Of a DNA stretch of 64,000 nt, positions 37,196 through 46,963 are shown one piece after another; within the stretch, counting starts at the first letter, position 1, and each line of letters begins with the position of its first letter. The notes beneath the pieces were generated by a model. That model saw only the letters and a program-made list of their open reading frames with translations. It was not told the DNA's origin and did not search any database. Location: NCBI GenBank assembly GCA_028715785.1, contig JAQURC010000001.1, positions 12,766 to 76,765 of the forward strand, read 5' to 3'. The stretch is from Candidatus Omnitrophota bacterium. Its GTDB lineage: Bacteria > Omnitrophota > Gorgyraeia > Gygaellales > Profunditerraquicolaceae. A program made the translations under genes and the position numbers.

Positions 37196-37789
37196 ATGAA
37201 GAAAATACTTTTTCTGGCTGTTATTTTAATATTAATTTGCGCGGGAACCTCGCTTCTTTACCATAATACTCAACAAGCGGATATAAATTATTATCAAGGC
37301 CGTAGATTATTTGAAAAGGGCAAGTTCGAACAGGCAATGCAATTTTTTCATAAGGCTTCTGACGTAGAGCCATCACGGCTCGATGTGCTTAAAGATTTGG
37401 CTTATACCTACCAGTGGACGGGTGAATATGAGAAAGCAGCAAGTATCTTTCAACAAATTCTTTCCCTTAAGCCGCATGATAACGAGATAAAAAAATCCTT
37501 AGCCCAGACTTTAAGTTGGCGGAAAGAATACGAGAAAGCCATCCGGCTTTATAAAGAGGTTATCGCAGACTCAAATAGCCTTGATGCCAAGAGACAATTG
37601 GCCGAAGTCTATATATGGAATAATCAGTTTAAAGAAGCCAAGGAAATTCTGGCTGAGATTTTAAAGATAGCTCCCCAAGACAGGAAAGCGAAATTCTTGC
37701 TTGCCAAAGCCATGCAGTATTCCGGCCAGGCAGAACAGGCTATTAAGATCTACAAAGAGCTCTTAGAGGAGAGGAATAGAGATGAATAA
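37196..37789 (+). CDS. TPR-repeat protein (N-terminal TM/signal anchor)
   Basis: Multiple 34-aa TPR units (YYQGRRLFEKGKFEQAMQFF...). Confidence 0.7.
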   Translation: MKKILFLAVILILICAGTSLLYHNTQQADINYYQGRRLFEKGKFEQAMQFFHKASDVEPSRLDVLKDLAYTYQWTGEYEKAASIFQQILSLKPHDNEIKKSLAQTLSWRKEYEKAIRLYKEVIADSNSLDAKRQLAEVYIWNNQFKEAKEILAEILKIAPQDRKAKFLLAKAMQYSGQAEQAIKIYKELLEERNRDE

Positions 37790-39416
37790 AAGAAGAGCCG
37801 GCAGCCATAAAAAAGAAATTTTTATTCTGGTTATTTTGTGTATTTTAATCAGCTTTGCTCTTGCATGGGCAGCTGACATTGAAACAAAAGAAATCAAAAG
37901 ATCCCTGGCAGAAGCTTATGTGGCTAGCGGAGATTACGCGCAGGCGGAAAAGATCCTTAAAGGCCTTATTAAAAATGACCCTCGAAACCTGGAAGCCAAA
38001 ATTTCCCTTGCGGACTTTTTCGCCTATAAACATGAGTTCGATAAAGCCGTCATTTTATATAAAGAGATTCTTAACGCGAAAAAGGATTTGGAAATTAAGA
38101 AAAAACTGGCAGATGTCTTAAGTTGGGATAAAAGATACGCGGAATCTTTGGAGTTGTATGATGAAATACTTAAGGAGAAAGAGGATGTCGGGGCAGGATT
38201 GCAGAAGGCGCGTGTCTTGGGTTGGGAAAGAAGATATGCGGAGTCGCTGAAAGAATACCATCGCATATACGAAGCCAGCCGCAATGAGCTGATTGGATTG
38301 GAAATGAAAGCAAAAGAGGCATATTGGAATAACCGGGTAAAAAGCGCCGCAAGCCATTATAACGAACTTATCAAAAATGATCCCGCTAATCTTGAGGCTA
38401 TGTTTGATTTAAGCCAGACATATGCTTATCAGTCTATGTGGAAGGATGCCCTTCAGGCATACCAGAGGATACTTGATATATCGCCTACTCATTTCAGGGC
38501 CAAGGAAGGATTAAAAAAGGCAAAGCTTATATCAGAACATTGTTCTTTAAAGTCTGGATACGAATTTTTTGAAGCTGACAGCACCGGCAGGGATCAGGAT
38601 ATTAGAAGGAGCAGTTTTTTTAATGAGTTCAATTATCCGCTGAATTATAATCTTAGCCTTAGCGCCGTATACCGGTTAACCTACAGGAGCTTTGCCGATT
38701 TTAGCGGCCTCTTGGAAAATGAGTGGAGGATAAAAGCGTCCTATATTAATAACCCGGACTGGCGGCTTGATGGATTTTATGATTTTATTGTTTATAACAG
38801 AGATATAAATACCATGCATACTTTTGGAGCAAGCTACAATTTTAGGATCTTTGATTACGGGATCTCCAATTTTTCTTATGAGAGGGAAAGGCTTGAAAAT
38901 AACAGTACCGTTATCAGGGGCAGGTTTTACAGCGATAATTATAAAGAGCGGCTGGATATGGAGATTAATAAAAGGCTTAAATTGGGGATGGATTACCTGT
39001 TTGCCAGTTATTCAGACGGCAATTACAAGCTTGAGCCGGGAATGGATCTTTTGTATTATTTTTCCCTTGATCCAAAGAGGCTCACGGTTAAATACAGGTA
39101 TTTCTATAATAATTTCGATAAGAAGGTGAGCGATTATTTCTCGCCCAAAGGTTTTTCTACGAATTCTCTGGCATTCAATTGGAGGCATTTTTTAAACAAG
39201 GAAGAGATATTTTTCGGCGCCGATGACCTTTATTATGGTCTGGGTTATGAAATTACAGTGGATTCCAAGAATGTGGTAGGCAATAAGTTCAGCGCGGAGC
39301 TAAATTGGGACATCAGTAAAAGTCTAAACATCAATATAAAAGGATCGGTGGTAAAATCCAGCTCAAACGTTTATAAGGATAAAAATATAATTACGGCAGT
39401 AAAATATTATTTCTAA
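37782..39416 (+). CDS. TPR-containing outer-membrane beta-barrel export protein (BcsC/PgaA-like)
   Basis: N-terminal TPRs. C-terminal ~300 aa of alternating Tyr/Phe-rich beta-strands ending in ...AVKYYF (C-terminal Phe, OMP signature). Confidence 0.6.
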   Translation: MNKRRAGSHKKEIFILVILCILISFALAWAADIETKEIKRSLAEAYVASGDYAQAEKILKGLIKNDPRNLEAKISLADFFAYKHEFDKAVILYKEILNAKKDLEIKKKLADVLSWDKRYAESLELYDEILKEKEDVGAGLQKARVLGWERRYAESLKEYHRIYEASRNELIGLEMKAKEAYWNNRVKSAASHYNELIKNDPANLEAMFDLSQTYAYQSMWKDALQAYQRILDISPTHFRAKEGLKKAKLISEHCSLKSGYEFFEADSTGRDQDIRRSSFFNEFNYPLNYNLSLSAVYRLTYRSFADFSGLLENEWRIKASYINNPDWRLDGFYDFIVYNRDINTMHTFGASYNFRIFDYGISNFSYERERLENNSTVIRGRFYSDNYKERLDMEINKRLKLGMDYLFASYSDGNYKLEPGMDLLYYFSLDPKRLTVKYRYFYNNFDKKVSDYFSPKGFSTNSLAFNWRHFLNKEEIFFGADDLYYGLGYEITVDSKNVVGNKFSAELNWDISKSLNINIKGSVVKSSSNVYKDKNIITAVKYYF

Positions 39417-39418
39417 CT

Positions 39419-40945
39419 ATGAAGTTAAATAAAATAGCCGTTTTCAATTTATTGCCTGTTTTTACCCTGATTGCCGTCTTAATTTATATTATTATCAGGG
39501 TGGGTTTATTTTTTATCGGCAGTTATTCAATAATAGACAGGGTTTTCGCTGTCATACTGATACTGGGGGATTTTTTTGTTCTTCTGCACAGCATTGGTTA
39601 TGCCTTGAATATTTTGAGGGTTGTCCCCGGCAAAAAAGGAAATTTAGCCGATGAAGCATCCGCAAAGGAAAAGTGGGAAGACTCGCCGCCGGTAGCCATC
39701 TTGGTTGCTGCCCGGCATGAGCCAAAAGAGGTTTTGGACGATACTTTTATGACGCTTTACAATCTTAATTACAGGAATAAAACAGTTTATTTCCTTGATG
39801 ACAGCTCCGAGGAAGAATATAAAAGAGAAGCTGAAGAATTAAGCAAGGAATATAATCTAAAACTTTTTAGAAGGGAACAAAGGCACGGCGCCAAGGCCGG
39901 GATTATAAACGATTGCCTTAAAAATCTGGCGGAGAAATACGTGGTTATTTTTGACGCTGACCAGAACCCTCTTCCGGATTTTTTGGGAGATCTCGTGCCG
40001 ATAATGGAGCAAAATGAAAGGCTTGGTTTTATACAGACACCCCAGTTTTACTCAAACATAGAAGAGACAAGAGTTGCCAGGGCTGCCGCATTTCAACAGG
40101 CGGTATTTTATGAATACATCTGCGAAGGAAAAGGTTCGGGCGGCGCGATGTTTTGTTGCGGAACCAATATTATTTTCAGGCGAGACGCTCTTTTAGATGT
40201 AGGCGGGCTTGATGAGTCTACGGTCACCGAGGATTTTGCCACTTCCGTTAAGCTGCATAGCCGCGGCTGGAAGTCGCTTTATTATAACCATGTATCCACC
40301 TTTGGGATGGCGCCCCAAGATCTCGTTGGTTATTTTAAGCAACAGTTCAGATGGGCAACAGGGACAATATCAGTGTTTAAAAAATTGCTCCGGAGATTCT
40401 TTACTCACCCCTTTTCCTTAAGGCCAATACAGTGGTGGGAATATTTTTTATCAAGTTCTTATTATTTGATAGGACTTGCTTTTTTCTGTTTGATGATTTG
40501 CCCGGTAGTATATCTTTTGTTTAAGGTGCCCTCATTTTTCGTCAAGCCGGAGATATATTTTGCGGCTTATTTACCTTACATCATCCTTTCAATGATGGTT
40601 TTTTATATTTTACTTGGTTCAAGAAGCTATAAGATAAAAGACTTATTTTTAGGCCAGCTGCTGGGGGTATGCACATTTTCTGTTTATATCAGGGCAGCAG
40701 TATCTGCTTTTTTAGGGGTTAAAACTACTTTTGGAATAACCGAAAAGACCAAAGGAAAGGCAACGCCGTATATAAAATTATGGCCTCAGCTAACTTTTAT
40801 GCTTTTAAATTTTATAGCCGCAGCCTGGGGTATAAATAGGTTTATCTATGAAAGAGAGCCGGCAATACTGGTTAACGGGTTCTGGGCTTTTTACCATTTT
40901 GGAATTTTATCCAGTATATTCTATTTTAACCAGGAAGCCAGATGA
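39419..40945 (+). CDS. Processive family-2 glycosyltransferase (cellulose/hyaluronan-synthase-like exopolysaccharide synthase), no PilZ domain
   Basis: YFLDDSSEE, VIFDADQNP (DxD), TVTEDFAT (TED) and QQFRWATG (QxxRW) motifs in order. 2+~5 TM segments. Confidence 0.8.
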   Translation: MKLNKIAVFNLLPVFTLIAVLIYIIIRVGLFFIGSYSIIDRVFAVILILGDFFVLLHSIGYALNILRVVPGKKGNLADEASAKEKWEDSPPVAILVAARHEPKEVLDDTFMTLYNLNYRNKTVYFLDDSSEEEYKREAEELSKEYNLKLFRREQRHGAKAGIINDCLKNLAEKYVVIFDADQNPLPDFLGDLVPIMEQNERLGFIQTPQFYSNIEETRVARAAAFQQAVFYEYICEGKGSGGAMFCCGTNIIFRRDALLDVGGLDESTVTEDFATSVKLHSRGWKSLYYNHVSTFGMAPQDLVGYFKQQFRWATGTISVFKKLLRRFFTHPFSLRPIQWWEYFLSSSYYLIGLAFFCLMICPVVYLLFKVPSFFVKPEIYFAAYLPYIILSMMVFYILLGSRSYKIKDLFLGQLLGVCTFSVYIRAAVSAFLGVKTTFGITEKTKGKATPYIKLWPQLTFMLLNFIAAAWGINRFIYEREPAILVNGFWAFYHFGILSSIFYFNQEAR

Positions 40946-41886
40946 GAAATTTATTTTGGATAGGAATCTTTGTTTTGGTTGTTGCAAGCGCCGCCGCGCT
41001 TATTTACCATGGAAGAACAGGCTCATATTGTTATACGGGAGCATTCTTGACGGATAACCCAGCCAAAGATGATATAACTAATTTTAAAAATAGGTATGGG
41101 AAAAAGCCGTTTCTGGTTATGGTTTTTATTGATTGGGATAAATTTTTAGATGACAGAGTGATAAAAGATGTCTATTCGCAAGGCAGTGTTTTATGCGTTA
41201 CCTGGGAACCCTGGAACGCGCAGACTCAAGAAGGCATTAATTTTGATGAGCTGTTAGCGGGAAAATATGATAAATACATAACTGATTTATCCTTGCAGCT
41301 TAAGAATATCGAAAAGGGTGTTTTTATCAGGTTTGGCCATGAAATGAACGGGAATTGGTATCCTTGGGCTGGAACTAAGATAGGCGGGGATAAGTTTATC
41401 GCGGCATATAAATATGTAAAAGACATATTTGATAAAACAGGCGCAATTAATGTAAAATGGGTTTTTTCCATAAACTGGGAGGACGCGCCCAAAGAAAATA
41501 ACTCCTTTGTATCGTATTATCCCGGCGACGCATACGTAGATTATATCGGCATAGACGGTTATAATTGGGGCAATACAAAGCCGTGGAGCAGGTGGCTGAG
41601 TTTCCGCGATATTTTCTTAAAGGTTTACAATACTATTGTTGAGAATTATAATAAGCCTGTATTAATAACGGAATTCAGCTCTACTGGTAAGGGGGGAGAT
41701 AAGGCAGGCTGGATTAAGGGGGCGATGAGCGAAATCAAGAAAATGAAAAAAATAAAGGCATTTGTCTTATTTAACGCCGACAAAGAGACAGATTGGAGTT
41801 TTCCGCATAACAGCGGATGCGCAGAGGAGCTTAAAAGGCAGCTGAAGAGCCCATATTTTATAGACATGCCGGGAGAAAACCTATGA
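40942..41886 (+). CDS. Glycoside hydrolase, GH26-like (beta-mannanase/mixed-linkage glucanase fold)
   Basis: RFGHEMNGNWYPW (acid/base Glu) and LITEFS (nucleophile Glu) blocks. N-terminal signal anchor. Confidence 0.6.
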   Translation: MRNLFWIGIFVLVVASAAALIYHGRTGSYCYTGAFLTDNPAKDDITNFKNRYGKKPFLVMVFIDWDKFLDDRVIKDVYSQGSVLCVTWEPWNAQTQEGINFDELLAGKYDKYITDLSLQLKNIEKGVFIRFGHEMNGNWYPWAGTKIGGDKFIAAYKYVKDIFDKTGAINVKWVFSINWEDAPKENNSFVSYYPGDAYVDYIGIDGYNWGNTKPWSRWLSFRDIFLKVYNTIVENYNKPVLITEFSSTGKGGDKAGWIKGAMSEIKKMKKIKAFVLFNADKETDWSFPHNSGCAEELKRQLKSPYFIDMPGENL

Positions 41887-42122
41887 TAAAAAAAGAAGAG
41901 CTGTTGAAATTCTTAAAAGAGGCCGAGGTATTGGAAGAAAAAAGCATACCTGTTTATACTAAACATCTTGACAGCACCTTATTTCTCTCCGGATTCAGTA
42001 AAGAGGAGCAGGAGGAACTAAAGAAAGTTCTTTTAATCCTGAAGAAAGGGTCAGAAGAACATAGAGAAATATACGAAGATTTAATTAATAAGATAAGGGA
42101 GTCCGCTAAAGATGTTTACTAA
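41883..42122 (+). CDS. Small hypothetical protein (helical, EExxH-like motifs)
   Basis: 79 aa. Overlaps flanking genes by 4 bp/11 bp, suggesting translational coupling inside the EPS operon. Confidence 0.35.
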   Translation: MIKKEELLKFLKEAEVLEEKSIPVYTKHLDSTLFLSGFSKEEQEELKKVLLILKKGSEEHREIYEDLINKIRESAKDVY

Positions 42123-42639
42123 AGAAGATTATAAGAAATACTTTGAACAGCTTGCCGGGATTGAAAGGCTTATGATATACCTTGTCAGGGACATGCTTCT
42201 TTTGATAGAAGATGAGGGGTTAAAGGATACGCTAAGCCGGATTGCAAGCGATGAAGTAAGGCATTATGAATATGTAAAGCAGTTATTTGACAGCCTCTTG
42301 TTAGGTGGCGAGCAAGACAAGCGGCAGTTTGTCCGCCGCCATTCATTAGGCAGAATGAAAATAAAAGTTGTGGGTAAAGATATCATTTTTGATGCATATT
42401 GCGCGAATATTTCCCAGACAGGAGTATGCATAGAATTTGAAGGGGGAAAAGCGCCCGAAGGCGATCTTGAGTTATGGATTGAGTTTTTTGATAAACAAGA
42501 ACCCCAGCATCATTTCGGCAGGATTGTGTGGTCTGCGCAAATAGATCCGGAATTGAGCGTGGGAAAGATAAATTATAAAGGAGGGTTAGAGTTTCAAGAA
42601 AAAGCGGCCTATTATGAAAATAATTTTAAAAAAAGCTAA
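42112..42639 (+). CDS. Stand-alone PilZ-domain (c-di-GMP receptor-like) protein
   Basis: C-terminal RRHSLGR...NISQTGVCI matches the PilZ RxxxR / (D/N)xSxxG motifs. Immediately downstream of the GT2 synthase locus. Confidence 0.55.
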   Translation: MFTKEDYKKYFEQLAGIERLMIYLVRDMLLLIEDEGLKDTLSRIASDEVRHYEYVKQLFDSLLLGGEQDKRQFVRRHSLGRMKIKVVGKDIIFDAYCANISQTGVCIEFEGGKAPEGDLELWIEFFDKQEPQHHFGRIVWSAQIDPELSVGKINYKGGLEFQEKAAYYENNFKKS

Positions 42640-42873
42640 CCATATCAGTTAACGTTGGGGGAAAAGGCATTAGGATTCAAACCTACCTTTTAAAAAACTC
42701 CCACCTAAGAGATATCCTGAAAATGCAAAATATGTAACTGTAAATATAGGCCTGTCCGGCTTGATTTATCCGCATCCGGCCGGCCTTTTTAGCGCTCCTG
42801 CCTCGATGTCGATCAATTTACTCTTAACCATAAATGCCATCATGGTTAAGCTGCCGTTTGCCTATATTTACCT

Positions 42874-42902
42874 TTGACAAAGCCATTCGGCTATGCTAAA
42901 TT
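42874..42902 (+). promoter_or_regulatory. Sigma70-like promoter (TTGACA-N17-TAAATT) ~9 nt upstream of the bamD ATG (leaderless-type)
   Basis: Perfect -35 hexamer. AT-rich -10. No SD. Confidence 0.4.
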
Positions 42903-42911
42903 CATAATATT

Positions 42912-43865
42912 ATGAAACGCATAATTTTAAGCTTGTTAATAATTTCCTTTTTGTCTATCCAGCCGGCATATTCTTACTGGATTTGGACTCCCAAAAGCGG
43001 CAAATGGGTAAACCCGAAAAGCCTGCCAAAGGATAATCCTAAAGAACAGTTTGCGTATGCCAAGTCTTATTTTGATAATAATAAATACGAAGAAGCAAAG
43101 CGTGAATTCCGTAAACTGCTTAAGGCTTATCCTAAGTCTGCTGAAGCCGCGGAAAGCCAGTATTATCTGGGTTTGGTAGAAGAGCAGCAGGGTAAATTAT
43201 ATGAAGCATTCCAGGCTTATCAAATGGTTATCGACAAATATCCTTTTAGCGAGCGCATCCAGGAGATCATTGAGAAGGAATATAAAATTGCCGAGAAATT
43301 TATGGCCGGGGAAAAACGTAAAGCATTGGGCATAGATTTGCCTGTGGATAACCCGGCGATCGAGATATTTGGGAAGGTGGTGGAAAATTCCACCTACGGG
43401 CCTCTGGCGCCAAAAGCGCAATATAAATTAGGCCTGGTCTTAAAAGGACTGCTGCGTTATTACGAGGCCGAAGAGGAATTTAATAAAGTGGTTTCCCGCT
43501 ATCCGGACAGCGAATGGGCATCGGCGGCAAAATTCCAGATCGCCTCCTGCCGGGCCAGCCTGTCCAAAGGCGCAGCTTACGACCAGGGCGCGGCGCAGGA
43601 GGCTAAAGAAAGGTTTGAGGATTTTGTAAAAGAGCATCCCGATGCCGTGCTTTCACTGGATGCGCAGAAAAACATCGATCAAATCCGGGAGAAGGAGGCG
43701 CAAGCCAGCTATGATATCGCCCGTTTTTATGAAAAACAAAGAGCCTTTGATTCGGCAAAGATCTATTATAATGACATCATCAATAACCACGCGGAAAGCC
43801 CCTGGGCCAAGGAAGCTTCGGCTAGGTTACAGATAATGGAGCAGAAAAATGAAAAAAAGAATTAA
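42912..43865 (+). CDS. bamD: Outer membrane protein assembly factor BamD-like TPR lipoprotein
   Basis: Signal peptide. TPR-like repeats (YYLGLVEEQQGKLYEAFQAYQMVIDKYPFSE...). Size and context with lptE. Confidence 0.6.
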   Translation: MKRIILSLLIISFLSIQPAYSYWIWTPKSGKWVNPKSLPKDNPKEQFAYAKSYFDNNKYEEAKREFRKLLKAYPKSAEAAESQYYLGLVEEQQGKLYEAFQAYQMVIDKYPFSERIQEIIEKEYKIAEKFMAGEKRKALGIDLPVDNPAIEIFGKVVENSTYGPLAPKAQYKLGLVLKGLLRYYEAEEEFNKVVSRYPDSEWASAAKFQIASCRASLSKGAAYDQGAAQEAKERFEDFVKEHPDAVLSLDAQKNIDQIREKEAQASYDIARFYEKQRAFDSAKIYYNDIINNHAESPWAKEASARLQIMEQKNEKKN

Positions 43866-44430
43866 ATTTTCTTTATTCCTGATTAGCGCATTTTGCCTCT
43901 TAACCGCTGTTTTAGCCGGTTGCGGCTATACCAGCCGCTCGATGATTTCCGGCAAATACCGGACAATCTACATCGCACCCTTCCTGAATAAAGTAGATAT
44001 AACTCAGGAGGCTTATTCCGCTAATAAATACCGAATTTACCGTCCGATGCTGGAAACGGATATTACCAAAAAAGTAATTAACAAGTATCTTTTTGACGGA
44101 AACCTGAAACCGATAAAGGAAGACCTGGCGGATTTAGCGCTCAAGGGGGAATTGATTGAATACCGTAAAGACCCTTTGAGTTATACTGCAAACGGCGAGG
44201 ATGTTACCGAATACCGCATCAATATCTATGTAAATTTAAGCCTCTGGGATAAAAAAGAAAATAAACTTGTTTGGGAAGAGAAGAACTTTAACGGCAACTA
44301 TTCTTATTTTGTCAGGACCTCAACGATAAATCCGGGAAATGTGGTTGTAGTATCCGAAGATACGGCGGTGACCAATGCTATCGAAGACCTTGCCCGCCGG
44401 ATTGTCGAGCGTACAGTTGAGCAATGGTAA
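43849..44430 (+). CDS. lptE: LPS-assembly lipoprotein LptE-like
   Basis: Lipobox LAGCGY. ~190 aa. Immediately upstream of holA as in the enterobacterial leuS-lptE-holA arrangement. Confidence 0.5.
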   Translation: MKKRIKFSLFLISAFCLLTAVLAGCGYTSRSMISGKYRTIYIAPFLNKVDITQEAYSANKYRIYRPMLETDITKKVINKYLFDGNLKPIKEDLADLALKGELIEYRKDPLSYTANGEDVTEYRINIYVNLSLWDKKENKLVWEEKNFNGNYSYFVRTSTINPGNVVVVSEDTAVTNAIEDLARRIVERTVEQW

Positions 44431-44431
44431 T

Positions 44432-45070
44432 ATGGTTTATTTACTTGTCGGCCAGGATGTGGCGGCTAAAGAAACCCAGCTTAAGAAAATAAAACAGGAA
44501 TCCCTTCCGAAAGAGCTGCAAGATTTCAATCTTGATACCTTATACGCTAAAGAAATAACTTTAAAAGATATCCAGGAGCGTCTTCTGGCCATTCCGCTAA
44601 AAAGCGCCAAAAGAATCGTAGTGATTAAAGACGCGCATTTTCTTAATGCGCAGTCCCGTAATTTCCTCTTGAGCTATGCCAAAAAACCCCATCAACAATT
44701 AATCCTGGTTTTGGATTTCCAGCAGTATGATTATAAGGATGAATTTATTAAGGGTATATCCGCGCATGGTTCGCTGCTGCGTTTTAAGGAGGTAACCAAT
44801 CCGGACACCTTCACTTTAAACCGGCAGATTGAATTAAGGCAAACCGATTATGCCCTGCGCATATTAAATCAGCTCCTTAAAGAGGGAGAGGCCCCGGAGC
44901 GTATCCTCGGAGGCTTGCGTTTTGCCTGGGAGAAGCAGGATATCCGGACTCAAGCAGCCAGAAGGAAGCTTAAGCTCCTGCTTAATTGCGATATAGAGAT
45001 AAAAACAGGCCGTTTAAAGCCTGCTTTTGCTTTGGAAAAATTAGTGGTAAACTTATGCGGATTTGCTTAA
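44432..45070 (+). CDS. holA: DNA polymerase III delta subunit (short form)
   Basis: MVYLLVGQD...IVVIKDAHFLN...LILVLDF pattern of HolA N-terminal domains. ATG at 44432 chosen. Confidence 0.55.
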   Translation: MVYLLVGQDVAAKETQLKKIKQESLPKELQDFNLDTLYAKEITLKDIQERLLAIPLKSAKRIVVIKDAHFLNAQSRNFLLSYAKKPHQQLILVLDFQQYDYKDEFIKGISAHGSLLRFKEVTNPDTFTLNRQIELRQTDYALRILNQLLKEGEAPERILGGLRFAWEKQDIRTQAARRKLKLLLNCDIEIKTGRLKPAFALEKLVVNLCGFA

Positions 45071-45316
45071 GCGGCGCATCAGGCGCGATTTTTTGCGGTT
45101 AGCTGTGCCTGCGGGGATTATATTTTTCTTGGCCGCCTTATCCAGCTGGGAAAAGACCTTGGAGATAAATGTTTTGGCTTCGCCAGCGTCTTTTTTAGCA
45201 ATTAATTCCTGGAATTTTTTGACGGCTTTTTTAAGCTGCAGCTTGACCTTAAGATTACGGGCATGCTTTCTTTTATTTACGCGGTTGCTTTTTAATGATG
45301 TTCTGCGTCTTGGCAT
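45053..45316 (-). CDS. rpsT: 30S ribosomal protein S20
   Basis: MPRRRTSLKSNRVNKRKHARNLKVKLQLKKAVKKF... 87 aa, basic. Confidence 0.9.
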   Translation of the reverse strand: MPRRRTSLKSNRVNKRKHARNLKVKLQLKKAVKKFQELIAKKDAGEAKTFISKVFSQLDKAAKKNIIPAGTANRKKSRLMRRLSKSA

Positions 45317-45370
45317 ATATTCTCCTTGCCCAGAAGGGCATACCCGCGCAATTCCTTATAAGCGCGGGGT
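45317..45370 (-). promoter_or_regulatory. Conserved two-hairpin 5' leader element (copy 2, minus strand) directly upstream of rpsT
   Basis: Reverse complement CCCCGCGCTTATAAGGAATTGCGCGGGTATGCCCTTCTGGGCAAGGAGAATATATG. Confidence 0.6.
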
Positions 45371-45412
45371 ATTAATTTTATAGATTAATATTATTAACAT
45401 AATTAACCGCTC

Positions 45413-46963
45413 ATGTCAACAAACAAATATTCCTTAAATAGCCAGAATCAGGCGGTTGCCCGTTCAGCCGGGGTGATTAGCCTGGCTACCCTTGCCTCGC
45501 GCATCCTGGGATTTATAAGGGACATAGTCATCGCCCGGCTGTTTGGAATCTATGTTTATGCCCAGGCCTTTGTCATCGCTTTTCGCATACCCAACCTTTT
45601 CCGCGACCTGGTCGGCGAAGGGGCTTCTAATGCCGCGATTGTCCCGGTCTTAAGCGAATATAACCTTAAGCGTCCCAAAGAAGAGTTCTGGGAGCTGGCC
45701 AATCTCCTGCTTAACCTGCTTTTGGTTATACTTAGCGCAATAACCATACTGGGGATTATTTTTTCTCCGTTGATCGTGCGCCTGATTGCTCCCGGATTTA
45801 TTGCCTCTCCGGATAAGCTGCAGGCAACCATTAATTTAAACCGGATGATCTTTCCCTATATACTGCTTATCGGCCTGTCTGTTTATGCCATGGCCGTGCT
45901 TAACTCGCTGAAGAATTTTACGGTTTCGGCGTTTGCTCCCTGTTTTTTAAATATCTCGATAATTATTTGCTCTCTGCTTTTGGGGGAAGGCACAAAGGGC
46001 CTGGCAACCGGAGTCTTGCTGGGCGGCATCCTGCAGTTGGCAGTGCAGGTCCCGGTTTTGTATAAGAAAGGTTTCCGTCCAAAACTCAAGCTTGATTTTA
46101 AACATCCCGGGTTAATCCAGATTAAAAAATTAATGCTGCCGCGGCTGGCAAGTTCCGGCATTTACCAGCTGAATAATTTTGTGGATTCGATTTTCGGTTC
46201 GTTGGCCGCCGTTGTCGGAGACGGAGGGGTAGCCGTGCTTTATTTTGCCTATCGGCTTATCCAATTCCCCATAGGTATTTTTAGCAATGCCATTGCCCAG
46301 GCAATCCTGCCGACCTTCTCGACGCAGGTATTGGAAGACAGCCATGAGAACCTTAAAATTACCCTTTCCTGGGGGCTGCGCGCGGTTCTTTTTGTGATGT
46401 TACCGATAACCGCGCTTTTTATGGTTTTGGCCCAGCCTTTGGTTTTTACTTTTTTTGGCGGCGGCAGGTTTGATTCTCATTCGGGTTTTTTGACCAGCAA
46501 CGCCTTATTTTTCTATAGTATCGGCTTATGCGCTTACGGGAGCACGAAAATATTGCAATGCTGTTTTTTTGCCCTCAAGGATACGGCCACTCCCGCAAAA
46601 ATAGCCGGCCTTGCCCTGGTGATGAATGTTATCCTGAATACACTTTTGATGTTTCCGCTTAAAACCGGCGGCCTGGCTTTGGCAACCTCGATTTCCGGGA
46701 TAGCCGTTTTTTTTCTCCTGTTTTTTATTCTGGGCAGGCGCCTGGGAGGGTTCGGAGAACGTAAAATATTATTTTCGTTCCTGCGTATTTTTGCCGCATC
46801 CAGCTGCATGGCCGGCGTCTGTTTCCTGGTGAACCGGGCCTTAAACCTTGGCTGGGCGTTATTTTGCGGGGTTTTATCTTATATTGTTTTTTGTTTTATT
46901 TTTGGCGTCGTTGAATTAAAAGAGCTTATCCGGAAATTCTTATGGGGAAGGTACAAGATCTAA
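45413..46963 (+). CDS. murJ: Lipid II flippase MurJ (MviN)
   Basis: 516 aa, 14 TM. N-terminal ARSAGVISLATLASRILGFIRDIVIARLFG and FRIPNLFRDLVGEGA blocks. Confidence 0.9.
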   Translation: MSTNKYSLNSQNQAVARSAGVISLATLASRILGFIRDIVIARLFGIYVYAQAFVIAFRIPNLFRDLVGEGASNAAIVPVLSEYNLKRPKEEFWELANLLLNLLLVILSAITILGIIFSPLIVRLIAPGFIASPDKLQATINLNRMIFPYILLIGLSVYAMAVLNSLKNFTVSAFAPCFLNISIIICSLLLGEGTKGLATGVLLGGILQLAVQVPVLYKKGFRPKLKLDFKHPGLIQIKKLMLPRLASSGIYQLNNFVDSIFGSLAAVVGDGGVAVLYFAYRLIQFPIGIFSNAIAQAILPTFSTQVLEDSHENLKITLSWGLRAVLFVMLPITALFMVLAQPLVFTFFGGGRFDSHSGFLTSNALFFYSIGLCAYGSTKILQCCFFALKDTATPAKIAGLALVMNVILNTLLMFPLKTGGLALATSISGIAVFFLLFFILGRRLGGFGERKILFSFLRIFAASSCMAGVCFLVNRALNLGWALFCGVLSYIVFCFIFGVVELKELIRKFLWGRYKI

